A stretch of DNA of 64,000 nucleotides, taken from assembly GCA_038087875.1 (NCBI GenBank), contig JAXLNO010005099.1:1-64000 (forward strand). Reading direction: 5' to 3'. The position numbers were made by a program, and so were the translations under genes. Below, in pieces: positions 1-10,771 of the stretch. Position 1 is the stretch's first letter. Every line of letters begins with the position of its first letter. Below the pieces are notes generated by a model, which was not told the DNA's origin, did no database searches, and saw nothing but the letters and a program-made list of their open reading frames with translations. This stretch comes from Malacoraja senta (lineage: Eukaryota).

Positions 1-772
1 AATTACATAAAATCTTTCAACATATCTCACCTATATGTGATAAATGTCAACATTTAGAAGCTACCTTATCTCATATGTTTGCAAACTGTATAAAAATTAA
101 AAAATTCTGGGTAAATATTTTTAGTATAATATCTAAAGTGACCAGCACACAATTGGACCCGGATCCAAAATTAATAATACTCGGAACATTAGAATTAAAT
201 CAAACATTTACAACAACACAAAGAAACTTTATTGATTATAGTATAATAACAGGAAAAAAATTAATTCTAAAATTTTGGAAAGGCCCTATAACCCCCACAA
301 TCAAAATGTGGATTATAGAACTGACGGAGACCTTAAACGTGGAAAGAATCAGATTTTCCCTGTTGGACAAACAGGAATTATTCGTTGGAATATGGTCTCC
401 CTTTATTGATTATTTAAAGGGTCAGAATGGTTCAGCACAGGAACCTGACTAACACTCGGGCTAAAGAATGGATGAAATGCTATACTCTGAAATGTACGAA
501 TATATCTCGAATGAAGTTTTTTATTTTAATACATTTTTCCATTCTTCTTTACTATCTTTCTCTTTTTTTTTTTTTTTTTTTTTTCTTCTCTCTCTTTTCT
601 TTCTTTACTTCATCTATCTTTTTAGTTCTATCTAGTTTTTTTTTAAAGGCAAAAGGTATTGGAGACAATGTAATAATAATTGACAATATTATCAATTAAA
701 AAATGTAAGACTGTAATGATGTTAATTGGTTGTGTACTTATCTCCAATAAAAAATATTTTCAAAAAAAAAAT
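1..772 (+). mobile_element. 3' end of an L1-clade LINE (ORF2 C-terminus with CCHC-like region, 3'UTR, polyA)
   Basis: Frame reads ISPICDKCQHLEATLSHMFANC...GKKLILKFWK...PTIKMW to a stop at 452, similar to the ORF2 end of the L1 at 48807-49286. T22 tract at 563-584. AATAAA followed by an A-rich tail at about 746-772. Confidence 0.8.
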
Positions 773-1257
773 AAACTGGAGGGTATCTGGGGGGCTAGAC
801 TTAAGGTGATTCCAAAAATTTAGTGCTCTTTTTTGGATAATTATTATCAGCGGGTATCTGCCTAATTCCGCCCTACATGCGTTTATTGGTGTTTTCCTTT
901 GGATGCGGACGATGTTCCGACAAAATTCCGCATGCATGGCCTCCGTTGTATGTTTTTCCCATTTACTATAACTATGGTGACTCAGCGGACCCCATACTTC
1001 ACTACCATAAAGCGCCAATAGGCTGGAGTACACTGTCAAATATTTTAAGCCAGATTTTAATTGGAATTTGGATGTTGTAGAATCTTTTTATTGCATACAG
1101 AGCTCTTCGAGCTTTCTCTTTTATTGCATTCACTGCCATATTGAAGCTCCCTGATGCTGCAACAGTTAGACCAAGGTAAGTATAGCTCATAGTGTGTTCG
1201 ATAATAATACCATTGAGAGTAAATTTGTAGGTATTTAACAAGGGTTCTGAACTTAAA
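773..1257 (-). mobile_element. Degenerate non-LTR retrotransposon fragment (L2/Crack-like, C-terminal to RT)
   Basis: Frameshifted ORFs read YTYLGLTV...KARRALYAIKR...IWLKIFDSVLQP and ALYGSEVWG...CRAELGRYPL...RALNFWNHL. Confidence 0.65.
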
Positions 1258-1975
1258 GAAGGGTAACTTTGAGGGTATGAGACGTGAAATTGGCCAAGAT
1301 AGACTGGCAAGTGATTCTTAAAGGGTTGAAGGTGGATATGCAATGGAAGGCATTTAATGACTGCATGGATGAACTACAATAATTGTTCATCCCAGTTTGG
1401 CAAAAGAATAATCAGGGAAGGTAGTGCATCCGTGGATAACAAGGGAAATCAGGGAAGTATCAAGACAAAAGATGAAGCATACAAATTAGCCAGAAAAAGT
1501 AGCCTACCAGAGGACTGGGAGAAATTCAGAGTCCAGCAGTGGAGGACAAAGAGCTTAATTAGGAAAGGGAAAATAGATTATGAAAGAAAACTGTCAGGGA
1601 ACATAAAAACTGACTGCAAAAGTTTTAAAAAATATGTGAAGAGATAAAGATTAGTTAATTAGAAACTGGTGAATTGATCATGGGGAACAAGGACATGGCA
1701 GACCATTTGAATAACTACTTTGGTTCTGTCTTCACTGAGGAAGACATAAATAATCTGCCGGAAATAGCAGGGGACCGAGGGTCAAATGAGATGGAGGAAC
1801 TGAGTGAAATCCCGGTTAGCCGGGAAGTGGTGTTAGGTAAATTGAATTGATTAAAGGCCGATAAATCCCCAGGGCCAGACAGGCTGCATCCCAGAGTACT
1901 TAAGGAAGTAGCCCCAGAAATAGTGAATGCATTAGTGATAACTTTTCAGAACTCTTTAGATTCTGGAGTAGTTCC

Positions 1976-2186
1976 TGTAAAGACTTGTCAAACACGTAGT
2001 GTCTTCACTGTTAGTTTACTGCATACATTGTAGTCGTATACACACATATTGCCCTAGCTGTTCGTGGTCCGTTACCGGAGCTAGAGAGCGAGCTGGAGGT
2101 GGGAAGGTTACAATTATACTGAAGATAATGGGGAGTGGTTAGTAGTGGTGAGGTCATTATGTTAAAGGAACATGCACTGATCTACA
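1976..2186 (-). repeat. 3' LTR of E1
   Basis: Preceded on the minus strand by the polypurine tract at 2187-2197. PolyA hexamer reads AGTAAA here versus AATAAA in the 5' LTR. Confidence 0.95.
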
Positions 2187-2244
2187 TCCTTCCCCTTGGA
2201 AAGGGAAACATTACAATGATGACAGTGAGACCACGACTCATATG

Positions 2245-5200
2245 CTAGACACAAACCCGCGTGTACATCGTCAGGAAAAATCTTGAAACATTCAAGCAAA
2301 TTCCCCCGTAACGTTCAGGCGGCTTGACCAGACGCCCAGAGCGGGTACGCAACCCGCCTTCCCCCCCCCCCCCCTCCGAAGGAAGAGCAGGTACATGAGC
2401 AGGAGGGGTGATAGGGGAGCTGAGAGGAGAATGAGCAGGAGAGGGAGGACGAGGAGACCGGGGAGGGAAACGGGCACCGCAACGGGCACGCGAGCGGGAG
2501 AGGTATGATGGGGAGGGGGGGGGGGCAGGAGGAGCAGTGGGAGAACGGGGCACCAAGGGTTGCGAGGGCAGAGTCCTGGGCATGGGAGGAGCGGTAGGCA
2601 AAGAGGTCGCAACCGGGAGAGCAAAAGGAGCTGCGGGAGGCGGAGCGGGCTCGTTAACCGGCAGCAAATGCTGGCGGGACCGGCGGTAGATGGTGCCCTC
2701 GTAGTCAACTAGGTAAGAGCGCGGAGAGTCTGCAAAGTCGATGACAACAGCCAGTCGGTGGTGTCCGGAGGGGGACTGCATCCGGACGACCTGGCCCTTG
2801 AAGAGGGGCTGAAGGGGACGGCATGACTTGTCGTGGGAGCGCTTCTGGACGGCATGTTTCTGGGTAATGCGCTCGTGGACAGCAGCAGGGCTGCGGACTG
2901 CGGGCTGTAGGCATCGCTGGGAGACAGGGATCGGAGGGCGTGTGGTGCGGGACATGAGCCGCTGAGCGGGCGAGCCCATGGCATGGTCGCGACAAATATT
3001 TCGGAGATTCAGTAGAGCCAGATAAAAATCCGAATGCGATAGTCTGCACTGCTCCAACAGCTCCATGGCACTGCGGACGGCGCGCTCAGCAAGGCCGTTG
3101 CTCTGCGGGTATTCAGGGCTGCTGGTGATGTGGCGAAAGTTATAGGCGGAGGCGAAGGCGCGGAACTCAGCACTCGAGAACTGGCCCCCGTTGTCAGACT
3201 GCAGTCACAGGAATGCCAAAGGTCCCAAAGTTGCGTTTCAGTTTCCCGACGAGAGCAGCAGAAGTGAGGGAGTGCAGACGCTCAACCTCGAACCAGCTGG
3301 AGTAGGAGTCGACAAGGACCAGGAAATGTTTGCCACTGCACTCAAAGACGTCCAAAGCGACCGCCATCCACGCCTGGGCGGGTGCAGGCTGTTGCAGGAG
3401 TGGCTGGCGTTGCTGGTGGGAGAGAGGGTATTGCAGGTTGAGCAGGCAGAGACCCTATCCCGGATGTCCTGTGCCATGCCGGGCCAATAAAATTTGCTCT
3501 GGGCCTGGGACAGGGTGGCATCGGATCCGGGATGGCCGCTGTGGGCAGTTTGGAAATAGTGGTCCCGCAGTGCAGCAGGCACCACAACCTTGTGGCCCTT
3601 CACCACCACGCCGTCATGCAGCACAAGTTCATCCCGGACTAGGAAGTAGGGCGGAGCACCAGCCGGCAAGGATGAGCGACGGTCAGGCCAGCCACGACGG
3701 ATGACGTCTACAAGCTGTTGCAGGCCAGGATCATTGGCAGTGTGCTGAATCATGGACTGCATCTGCTGGGAAGGCACAAAGTTAACGTTTAGTACCATCA
3801 GGTCGGATGATTCGTACGGGTGGCGGGCAGTAGAAGCCAGCGGTGCGCGGGACAGCGTGTCGGCCACAAACATGTCCTTGCCCTTTCGGTACACGATTTG
3901 AAACGTGAAGCGTTGGAGCTGCAGCACCATACGCTGCAAATGGGAAGAAGCCACGTGGATCGGTTTGTTCAAGATCGTGACCAGCGGCTGGTGGTCGGTT
4001 TCAATAGTGAAAGTGTTACCCAGAATGTAGTGCTTGAACTTCGAGCAGGCAAACACCACGGCAAGGAGCACCTTCTCGATCTGAGCGTAGCGTTGCTCGG
4101 TAGGAGTCATAGTGCGGGAGGCGTAGGAGACAGGTATTTGCAGGCGGTCGTAGATTTGCAGGCAGGCGGCACCGAGACCGAAACTTGAGGCATCGCAGGT
4201 AAGGATGATGGGGCGCTTTAAGTCGAAGAACTTTAGAGTGGGGGTGCGAACCAGCCGGGATTTTAAGTCATCGAAGTCTGCCTGATGCAGCGGGTACCAA
4301 ACCCAGGCAGTGTCCTTCTTGGTCAATTCCCTCAGGGGCGCACTCAGCTCGCTGAGGTCGGGAATGAATTTCCCCAGGTAGTTCACCATGCCCAAGAAGC
4401 GCTGCAGGCTGGGCACGTTGACCGGAGCTTGCATCCCAGAGACCGCAGCTGTCTTCTGTGGGTCCTGGTTTTAGACCCTCAGCCGTAAAAACGTGGCCCA
4501 CCTAGGTGACCTCCAGGACGCGGAAGCGGCACTTCTTGGGGTTCAGTTTGAGGTTGATCTCACGAGCCCGATCCAGGACTTGGCGGAGGTGGAGGTCGTG
4601 CTCAGCGACGTCTCTCCCGTACACCAAGATGTCATCGACGATGATAGCACACGGCAGATGGGCAAATAGCTGCTCCATGGTGCGCTGGAAAACCTCGCTG
4701 GCAGAATTGATCCCGAAAGGCATGCGGAGGAAACGGAACCTGCCGAAAGGTGTACCAAACGTGGTCAGGAAGGATGAACGTTCATCCAGTGGAATCTGCC
4801 AGAAAGAGCTCTTGGCATCGAGGACAGAGAAGACAGTGGCTGGGCCAACCTTTGCAGCGACATCCTCCACCGTTCACATGGGTAGTGCGGGCGTTTGATG
4901 GCAAGGTTTAGGTCCTTGGGGTTTATACAGATCCGAATCTCACTCTTGTCCTTCTTGGAAGCAACGACCATGGTGGAGACCCACCGGGTGGGATCACTCA
5001 CCTCCTTGATGATGCCCACGGCCACCATCTGGCGCAGAGTCGACTCCACCCTGTCCTTCATAGCAAAGGAGACGCGGTGAGCCGGGCGGACTACCGGATG
5101 GACCTCCGGGTCCACCTCGATTTCGTACTTGCAGGGTAGTTTGCCCAATACATCGTCAAAACGATCAGGGTACTCGCACATGGGATCCATGGGGGGTCTG

Positions 5201-6436
5201 CACCAGGTGGATATCGCGGTGGAAGGAAACCAAACCGAGGTCCTGGCACGCACTGGCGCCCAACAGAGTAACATTCTCAGATTCCAGCAGGAGGAAAGAG
5301 AGGGGCCGAGAGGCATTCGGAACTGTGCAGATAAGGGTTGCCTTGCCGACCGGAAATAGAACGCTCCCCCCATATGCGTGGAGGCGGGAGTCGTCAGCAG
5401 TAACATTCTCACCAGATCTTATCTGCTGAAAGAGGCTTAACGACATAACATTTGCAAACGCCCCCGTGTCGACCTTCGCAGGAAAGGTCTTTCCATTCAC
5501 AGTAACTCGAACTGATGGATCAGCTATCAAAGCATGTGCACCCAAGACTGAAAAAACACGCGATTCATCATGGGTGGAACTGGTATCAGAATCAAAGAGT
5601 TCGTCTGAAAGGTATTCGAAGCCATAAACACTGTCAGTCACAGTCAGGTTGTGTAGACTCCTTCTCGGAGCAGGGACAGGCTGGCCCCTGGAATGACACA
5701 CCGCGAAGAAGTGATTAAGCTTCTTACAGAAATTACAAGTCTTACCCAGCGCAGGGCAAACATTAAATTGATGACTGACGAAGTTGCAGTTTGGGCATCG
5801 ACGAGGGTTGTCCCTCACGGGCGCGGGAGTGCTACGCTGGCGTGGCGGGCCATCGCACCGCGGGCGTTCAGCAGTACCGGCATAGTGAATGTCCTCAGCC
5901 TCAGGGGGAGATACGGAGTCGACAGCAGCAGCCATGCGAGAGGCATGCAAAGTTTCGATTAAAGTGAGGTCTGGCTTTCTCAGAAGCTCTGCCCGTAGCT
6001 TCACGTCATGTAGACCGTGAACTAGGACATCTCTGACCAATTGGTCGGGGGTCAACGCGACCAGGCGGCAATGCCGAGCCAGGTGACGCAACGATGCAAT
6101 GAAGGTGTCGATGTGCTCCCCGGGTTTCTGGCGCCTGCTGAAAAACTTGAACCGCTCTATAATGCAATTGGTGGGAATGTCACACAGCGCGGCAAATTTA
6201 TTCGTTAGACATATCGGGTCCTCTGCATTCTCACCATCGGCGTACTCGAAAGATTCAAAACGTTCCATGGCCTCTGGGCCAGCCAGGTTGAGGAGCAGAT
6301 GTGCTGTAACCGCAGGGGTAGCATTAGGATGAGCGATGGCGACATATTGCTGGAAGTCGCGCCGGAAGACAGTCCACCGGTGAACGATGTCGGAGTCAAA
6401 CACCAGAACGTCAGGCTTACGACACGAGCTGGCCAC
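2245..6436 (-). pseudogene. Disrupted gag-pol of E1
   Basis: Relative to E2: start ATG is GTG (6434-6436), frameshifts near 5190, 4880, 4470, 3410 and 3205, and TAT to TAG at 4502-4504. C-terminal motif TRSGRLVKPPERYG retained. Confidence 0.9.
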
Positions 6437-6529
6437 AGCACATAAAGGGTTTGAAAGGAAAATAAAAACTTGGAGAGAACAAAACAAACCCGATAGACAG
6501 GAGACGCAGGGTTCAAATTTGTGACACCA

Positions 6530-6740
6530 TGTAAAGACTTGTCAAACACGTAGTGTCTTCACTCTTAGTTTATTGCATACATTGTAGTCGTATACACACA
6601 TATTGCCCTAGCTGTTCGTGGTCCGTAACCGGAGCTAGAGAGCGAGCTGGGGGTGGGAAGGTTACAATTATACTGAAGATAATGGGGAGTGGTTAGTAGT
6701 GGTGAGGTCATTATGTTAAAGGAACATGCACTGATCTACA
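6530..6740 (-). repeat. 5' LTR of E1
   Basis: Followed on the minus strand by TGGTGTCAC (tRNA-Leu-like PBS) and then the gag start region. Confidence 0.95.
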
Positions 6741-8197
6741 GTTCCTGAGGATTGGAGGGTAGCTAATGTAACCCCACTTTTTAAAAAGGGAGGGAGAGAG
6801 AAAACGGGGAATTACAGACCAGGTAGTCTAACATCGATAGTGGGGAAACTGCTAGAGTCAGTTATTAAAGTTGGGATAGCAGCACATTTGGAAAGTGGTG
6901 AAATCATTGGACAAAGTCAGCATGGATTTATGAAAGGTAAATCATGTCTGACGAATCTGATAGAATTTTTCGAGGATGTAACTAGTAGAATGGATAAGGG
7001 AAAACCAGTGGATGTGTTATATCTCGACTTTCAGAAGGCTTTCGATAAGGTCCCACATAAGTGATTAGTATGCAAACTTAAAGCACACGCTATTGGTGGT
7101 TCAGTATTGATGTGGATAGAGAACTTGCTGGCAGACAGGAAGCAAAGTGTAGGAGTAAACGGGTCCTTTTCAGAATGGCAGGCAGTGACTAGTGGGGTAC
7201 CACAAGGCTCAGTGCGGGGACCCCAGCTATTTACAATACATATTAATGATCTGGATGAGGGAATTGAATGCAACATCTCCAAGTTTGTGGATGACATGAA
7301 GCTGGGGGGCAGTGTTAGCTGTGAGGAGGATGCTTGGAGGCTGCAAGGTGACTTGGATAGGTTGGGTGAGTGGGCAAATGGCAGATGCAGTATAATGTGG
7401 ATAAATGTGAGGTTATCCACTTTGGTGACAAAAACAGGAAAGTAGACTATTATCTGATTGGAGGCTGATTAGGAAAATGGGAGATGCAACGAGACCTGGG
7501 TGTCATGGTACACCAGTCATTGAAAGTAGGCATGCAGGTGCAGCAGGCAGTGAAGAAAGCGAATGGTATGTTAGCATTCATAGCAAAAGGATTTGAGTAT
7601 AGGAGCAGGGATGTTCTACTGCAGTTGTACAGGGTCTTGGTGAGACCACACCTGGAGTATTGCGTACAGTTTTGGTCTCCTAATCTAAGGAAAGACATTC
7701 TTGCCATGGAGGGAATACAGAGAAGGTTCACCAGACTGATTCCTGGGATGGCAGGACTTTCATGTGAAGAAAGACTTGATAGACTCGGCTTGTACTCGCT
7801 AGAATTTGGAAGATTGAGGTGGGATCTTATAGAAACGTACAAAATTCTTAAGGGGTTGGACAGGCTAGATGCAGGAACATTGTTCCCGATTTTGGGGAAG
7901 TGCAGAACAAGGGGTCACACACAGTTTAAGGATAAGGTGGAAGCCTTTTAGGACCGGGATGAGAAAATCATTTTTTACACAGAGAGTGGTGAATCTGTTG
8001 CATTCTCTGCCACATAAGGTAGTTGAGGCCAGTTCATTGTCTATATTTAAGAATGAGTTAGATGTGGCCCTTGTGGCTAAAGGGATCAGGGGGTATGGAG
8101 AGAAGGCAGGTGCAGGATACGGAGTTGGATGATCACCCATGATCATATTGAAGGACTCGAAGGACCGAATGGCCTACTCCTGCACCTATTGTCTGTT

Positions 8198-8326
8198 NNN
8201 NNNNNNNNNNNNNNNNNNNNNNNNNNNNNNNNNNNNNNNNNNNNNNNNNNNNNNNNNNNNNNNNNNNNNNNNNNNNNNNNNNNNNNNNNNNNNNNNNNNN
8301 NNNNNNNNNNNNNNNNNNNNNNNNNN
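8198..8326. other. Assembly gap (129 N)
   Basis: Run of N. Confidence 1.
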
Positions 8327-8520
8327 TCATTGTCTCTCTCTCTGTGTCTCTCCCCGTCTCTCTCTGTCTCTCTCTCTCTCTGTCTCTCACTCTTTGTCTC
8401 TCTCTCTCTCTCTCTCTGTCTGTCTCTCTCTGTCTCTCTCGTCTCTCGCTCCCTGGCTCGCTCCCTGTCTCTCTCCCTGTCTCTCTCTCTCTCTGTGTCT
8501 CTCTCCCACTCTCTCTGGGA
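8327..8520. repeat. (TC)n/(TCTG)n microsatellite
   Basis: Visible directly. It explains the SLSLSL and RERE ORFs. Confidence 0.95.
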
Positions 8521-8524
8521 CAGA

Positions 8525-8725
8525 GGTTTTGGGTGAACATAGACCCATTGCTGCCAACCGTGGGCCTAACTGCAGATAGATACATAACGTACTCAACACA
8601 TAGGACAGGAAAGAGAAATGATCTGCAAATAGAAACACCATTGGCCAGCACAGATATTTATAAGGACTCGTTCTTTGTAAGAACCACAATGGAATGGAAT
8701 AAACGAGACAACAATATCGTCTAAA
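8525..8725 (+). mobile_element. 3' ORF tail of a non-LTR retrotransposon
   Basis: ASTDIYKDSFFVRTTMEWN resembles the SFFPRTIxxWN end motif of LINE ORF2 proteins. Confidence 0.5.
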
Positions 8726-8734
8726 TGTTTAAGA

Positions 8735-8925
8735 AGGAACTGCAGATGCTGGAAAATCGAAGGAAGACACAAAATGCTGGAGTAACTCAGCGGGTGAGGC
8801 AGCATCTACGGAGCGAAGGAATAGTTGACGATTCGGGTCGAGACCCTTCTTCAGACTCAAGAACCATTTCCTTCGCTCCATAGATGCTGCCTCACACGCT
8901 GAGTCTCTCCAACATTTTTATCGAC
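8735..8925. mobile_element. Penelope-like terminal repeat (pLTR) fold-back module
   Basis: About 51-bp inverted arms at 8771-8821 and 8868-8918, matching the PLE 3' end at 18520-18612. Confidence 0.75.
8827..8854 (-). ncRNA. Minimal type I hammerhead ribozyme-like core (A15.1 position mutated)
   Basis: Minus strand reads CTGAAGA-A-GGGTC-TC-GACCC-GAATCGTC. Confidence 0.55.
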
Positions 8926-8949
8926 CAGCAATAGAGTCAAATCACCTTC

Positions 8950-9625
8950 ACTGGACAATAGACAACAGGTGCATGAGGAGGCCAGTTGGCCCTTCGAGCC
9001 AGCACCGCCATTCAATGTGATCATGGCTGATCATCCCCAATCAGTACGCCGTTCCTTCCTTCTCCCCAAATCCCCTATCTTTAAGAGCTCTATCTAACTC
9101 TCTCTTGAAAAAACATCCAGAGAATATGCCTCCACCGCCCTCTCAGGCAGAGAATCCCACAGACGCACAACTCTCTGAGAAAAAGTTTCTCCTCGTCTCC
9201 GTTCTAAATGGCCGACCCCTTATTCTTAAATTGTGTGTGGCCCCTGGTTCTGGACTCCCCCAACATCGGCAACATGTTTCCTGCTTCTAGCGTGTCCAAA
9301 CCCTTAAAAATCTTATATGTTACAATAAGATACCCTCTATCCTTCTAAACTCCAGAGTGTACAAGCCCAGCCGCTCCATTCTCTCAGCATATGACAGTCC
9401 CGCCATCCCTGGAATTAACCTGGTGAACCTACGCTGGGCTTCCTCAATAGCAAGAATGTCCTTTCTCAAATTAGGGGACCAAAACTTCACACAATACTCC
9501 AGGTGTGGTCTCACCAGGGCCCTGCACAACTGCAGAAGGACCTCTTTGCTCCTATACTCAACTCCTCTAGTTATGAAGGCCAACAGGCCTAAACTGCACA
9601 CAATACTCCTGGTGTGGTCTCACTA
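8950..9625 (-). mobile_element. CR1 3' fragment
   Basis: RALVRPHLEYCVKFWSP...QRRFTRLIPGM...LEFRR followed by the CR1 3'UTR. Confidence 0.9.
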
Positions 9626-9627
9626 GG

Positions 9628-9649
9628 GGTGGAGGGAGGGGGTGAGAGG

Positions 9650-9703
<54 letters not shown>

Positions 9704-10098
9704 AAGAGGGAGAGGAAGAGGGGGAGAGAGAGAGGCAGAGAGGGGGAGATAGAGGGGAAGAGAGGGAGAGGGGATAGAGAGAGAGGGGGTGAGAGAGGGG
9801 GAGATAGGTCAGCCATGGTTGCAAGGTGGAGTGGACTCGGTAAGTTGGCGATATGCAGAGAACAGCCCTGCTGAGGGGGGGGGAGGAGGGAGGGTGGGAG
9901 GGAATGAGTGTGAGAGAAAGTTTGGGAGAGTTTTGAGAAAGTTTTGAAAAGTTTTGAGAAACCTTTGAGAACATTTTGAGAAAGTTTTGGGAGAGAGGGA
10001 AGAGAGGGAGAGAGGGAGAGAGAGCGAGAGGGAAGAGAGGGAGAAAGGGAGAGGGAGAGAGAGAGGGGAGAGAGTGAGGGACGTGGGACGACGGAGAG
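9628..10098. repeat. GA-rich low-complexity tract containing about 7 copies of an 11-bp unit (GAGAAAGTTTT-like, about 9912-9990)
   Basis: Visible directly. Confidence 0.85.
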
Positions 10099-10126
10099 AG
10101 AAGTATTCACCTCTCCCTCCCCCTAT

Positions 10127-10280
10127 GGTCATCACGATGGTGCAGCGGTAGAGTTGCTGCCTCACGGCGCCAGAGACCTCGGTTCAATCCCGACCACGGG
10201 CGCTGTCTGTACGGAGTTTGCACGTTCTCTCTCCCCTTGACCTGCGTTGGTTTTCTCCGGGCGCTCCGGTTTCCTCCCAC
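10127..10280 (+). mobile_element. tRNA-derived SINE (HE1/V-SINE-like), 3'-truncated
   Basis: tRNA-like head (TGGTGCAGCGG...GGTTCAATCCC) followed by the GGAGTTTGCACGTTCTC...CTCCGGTTTCCTCCCAC core shared by many copies here. Confidence 0.85.
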
Positions 10281-10500
10281 CAGGGCCGGATTTACGTATG
10301 AGCCAGACAAGCTTAAGTTTAGGGCCTCGAGATCTAGGGGGGCCCGGCCCGCTCCACCGAGGTGTGTTAAACTTTTGACATAGTGGCGTTGTCACAAACC
10401 CAACCATCGGTAGCGTTGTGTTTGCGATTCCGGAGGCTTTGGTGTTGTAGGGGGGGGGGGGGGAATAAAATGCAGGTGAGGTTTACATTTATTGTGGAGA
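10281..10500 (+). mobile_element. Probable hAT-type DNA transposon end
   Basis: Starts CAGGGCCGGATTTACG exactly where the SINE breaks. No convincing second TIR or TSD found. Confidence 0.4.
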
Positions 10501-10771
10501 GGACATAGAAACATAGAAAATAGGTGCAGGAGTAGGCCATTCGGCCCTTCATGCCTGCACCGCCATTCAATACGATCATGGCTGATCATCCAACTCAGTA
10601 TCCCATACCAGCCTTCTCTCCATACCCCCTGATCCCTTTAGCCACAAGGGCCACATCTAACTCCCTCTTAAATATAGATACATAGATACATAGAAAATAG
10701 GTGCAGGAGGAGGCCATTCGGCCCTTCGAGCCTGCACGTCCATTCAATATGATCATGGCTGATCATCCAAC

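Larger units (their letters stand above)
1976..6740 (-). mobile_element. Full-length Gypsy/Ty3 LTR retrotransposon (Mag-like, single gag-pol), coding-defective; element E1
   Basis: 211-bp TG...CA LTRs at 1976-2186 and 6530-6740 with 4 differences. 5-bp TSD GTTCC at 1971-1975 and 6741-6745. PBS TGGTGTCAC next to the 5' LTR, PPT AAGGGGAAGGA next to the 3' LTR. Gag zinc knuckle, protease VDTGA, RT IIVDD, RNase H CDAS and integrase are spread over several broken frames. Confidence 0.97.
1258..8197 (+). mobile_element. 5'-truncated CR1 (HER1-like) LINE interrupted by a Gypsy LTR element at 1976-6740
   Basis: 1258-1975 and 6741-8197 join into continuous CR1 ORF2 (DSGVVP|[38 protein letters not shown]...) ending in a CR1 3'UTR at the gap. 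Several stops and frameshifts. Confidence 0.9.

Noticed and set aside
2705-4188. Plus-strand ORFs overlapping E1, and minus-strand ORFs up to 305 aa overlapping E2
   Set aside because: Antisense shadows of GC-rich gag-pol codon usage with no recognisable motifs.
8129-8724. Long ORFs rich in SLSLSL/RERE
   Set aside because: Translations of a TC microsatellite and an N gap.
9567-10165. Several 100-170 aa ORFs
   Set aside because: GA-rich low-complexity DNA.
10127-10200. tRNA genes
   Set aside because: All tRNA-like sequences are SINE heads followed by the SINE core.
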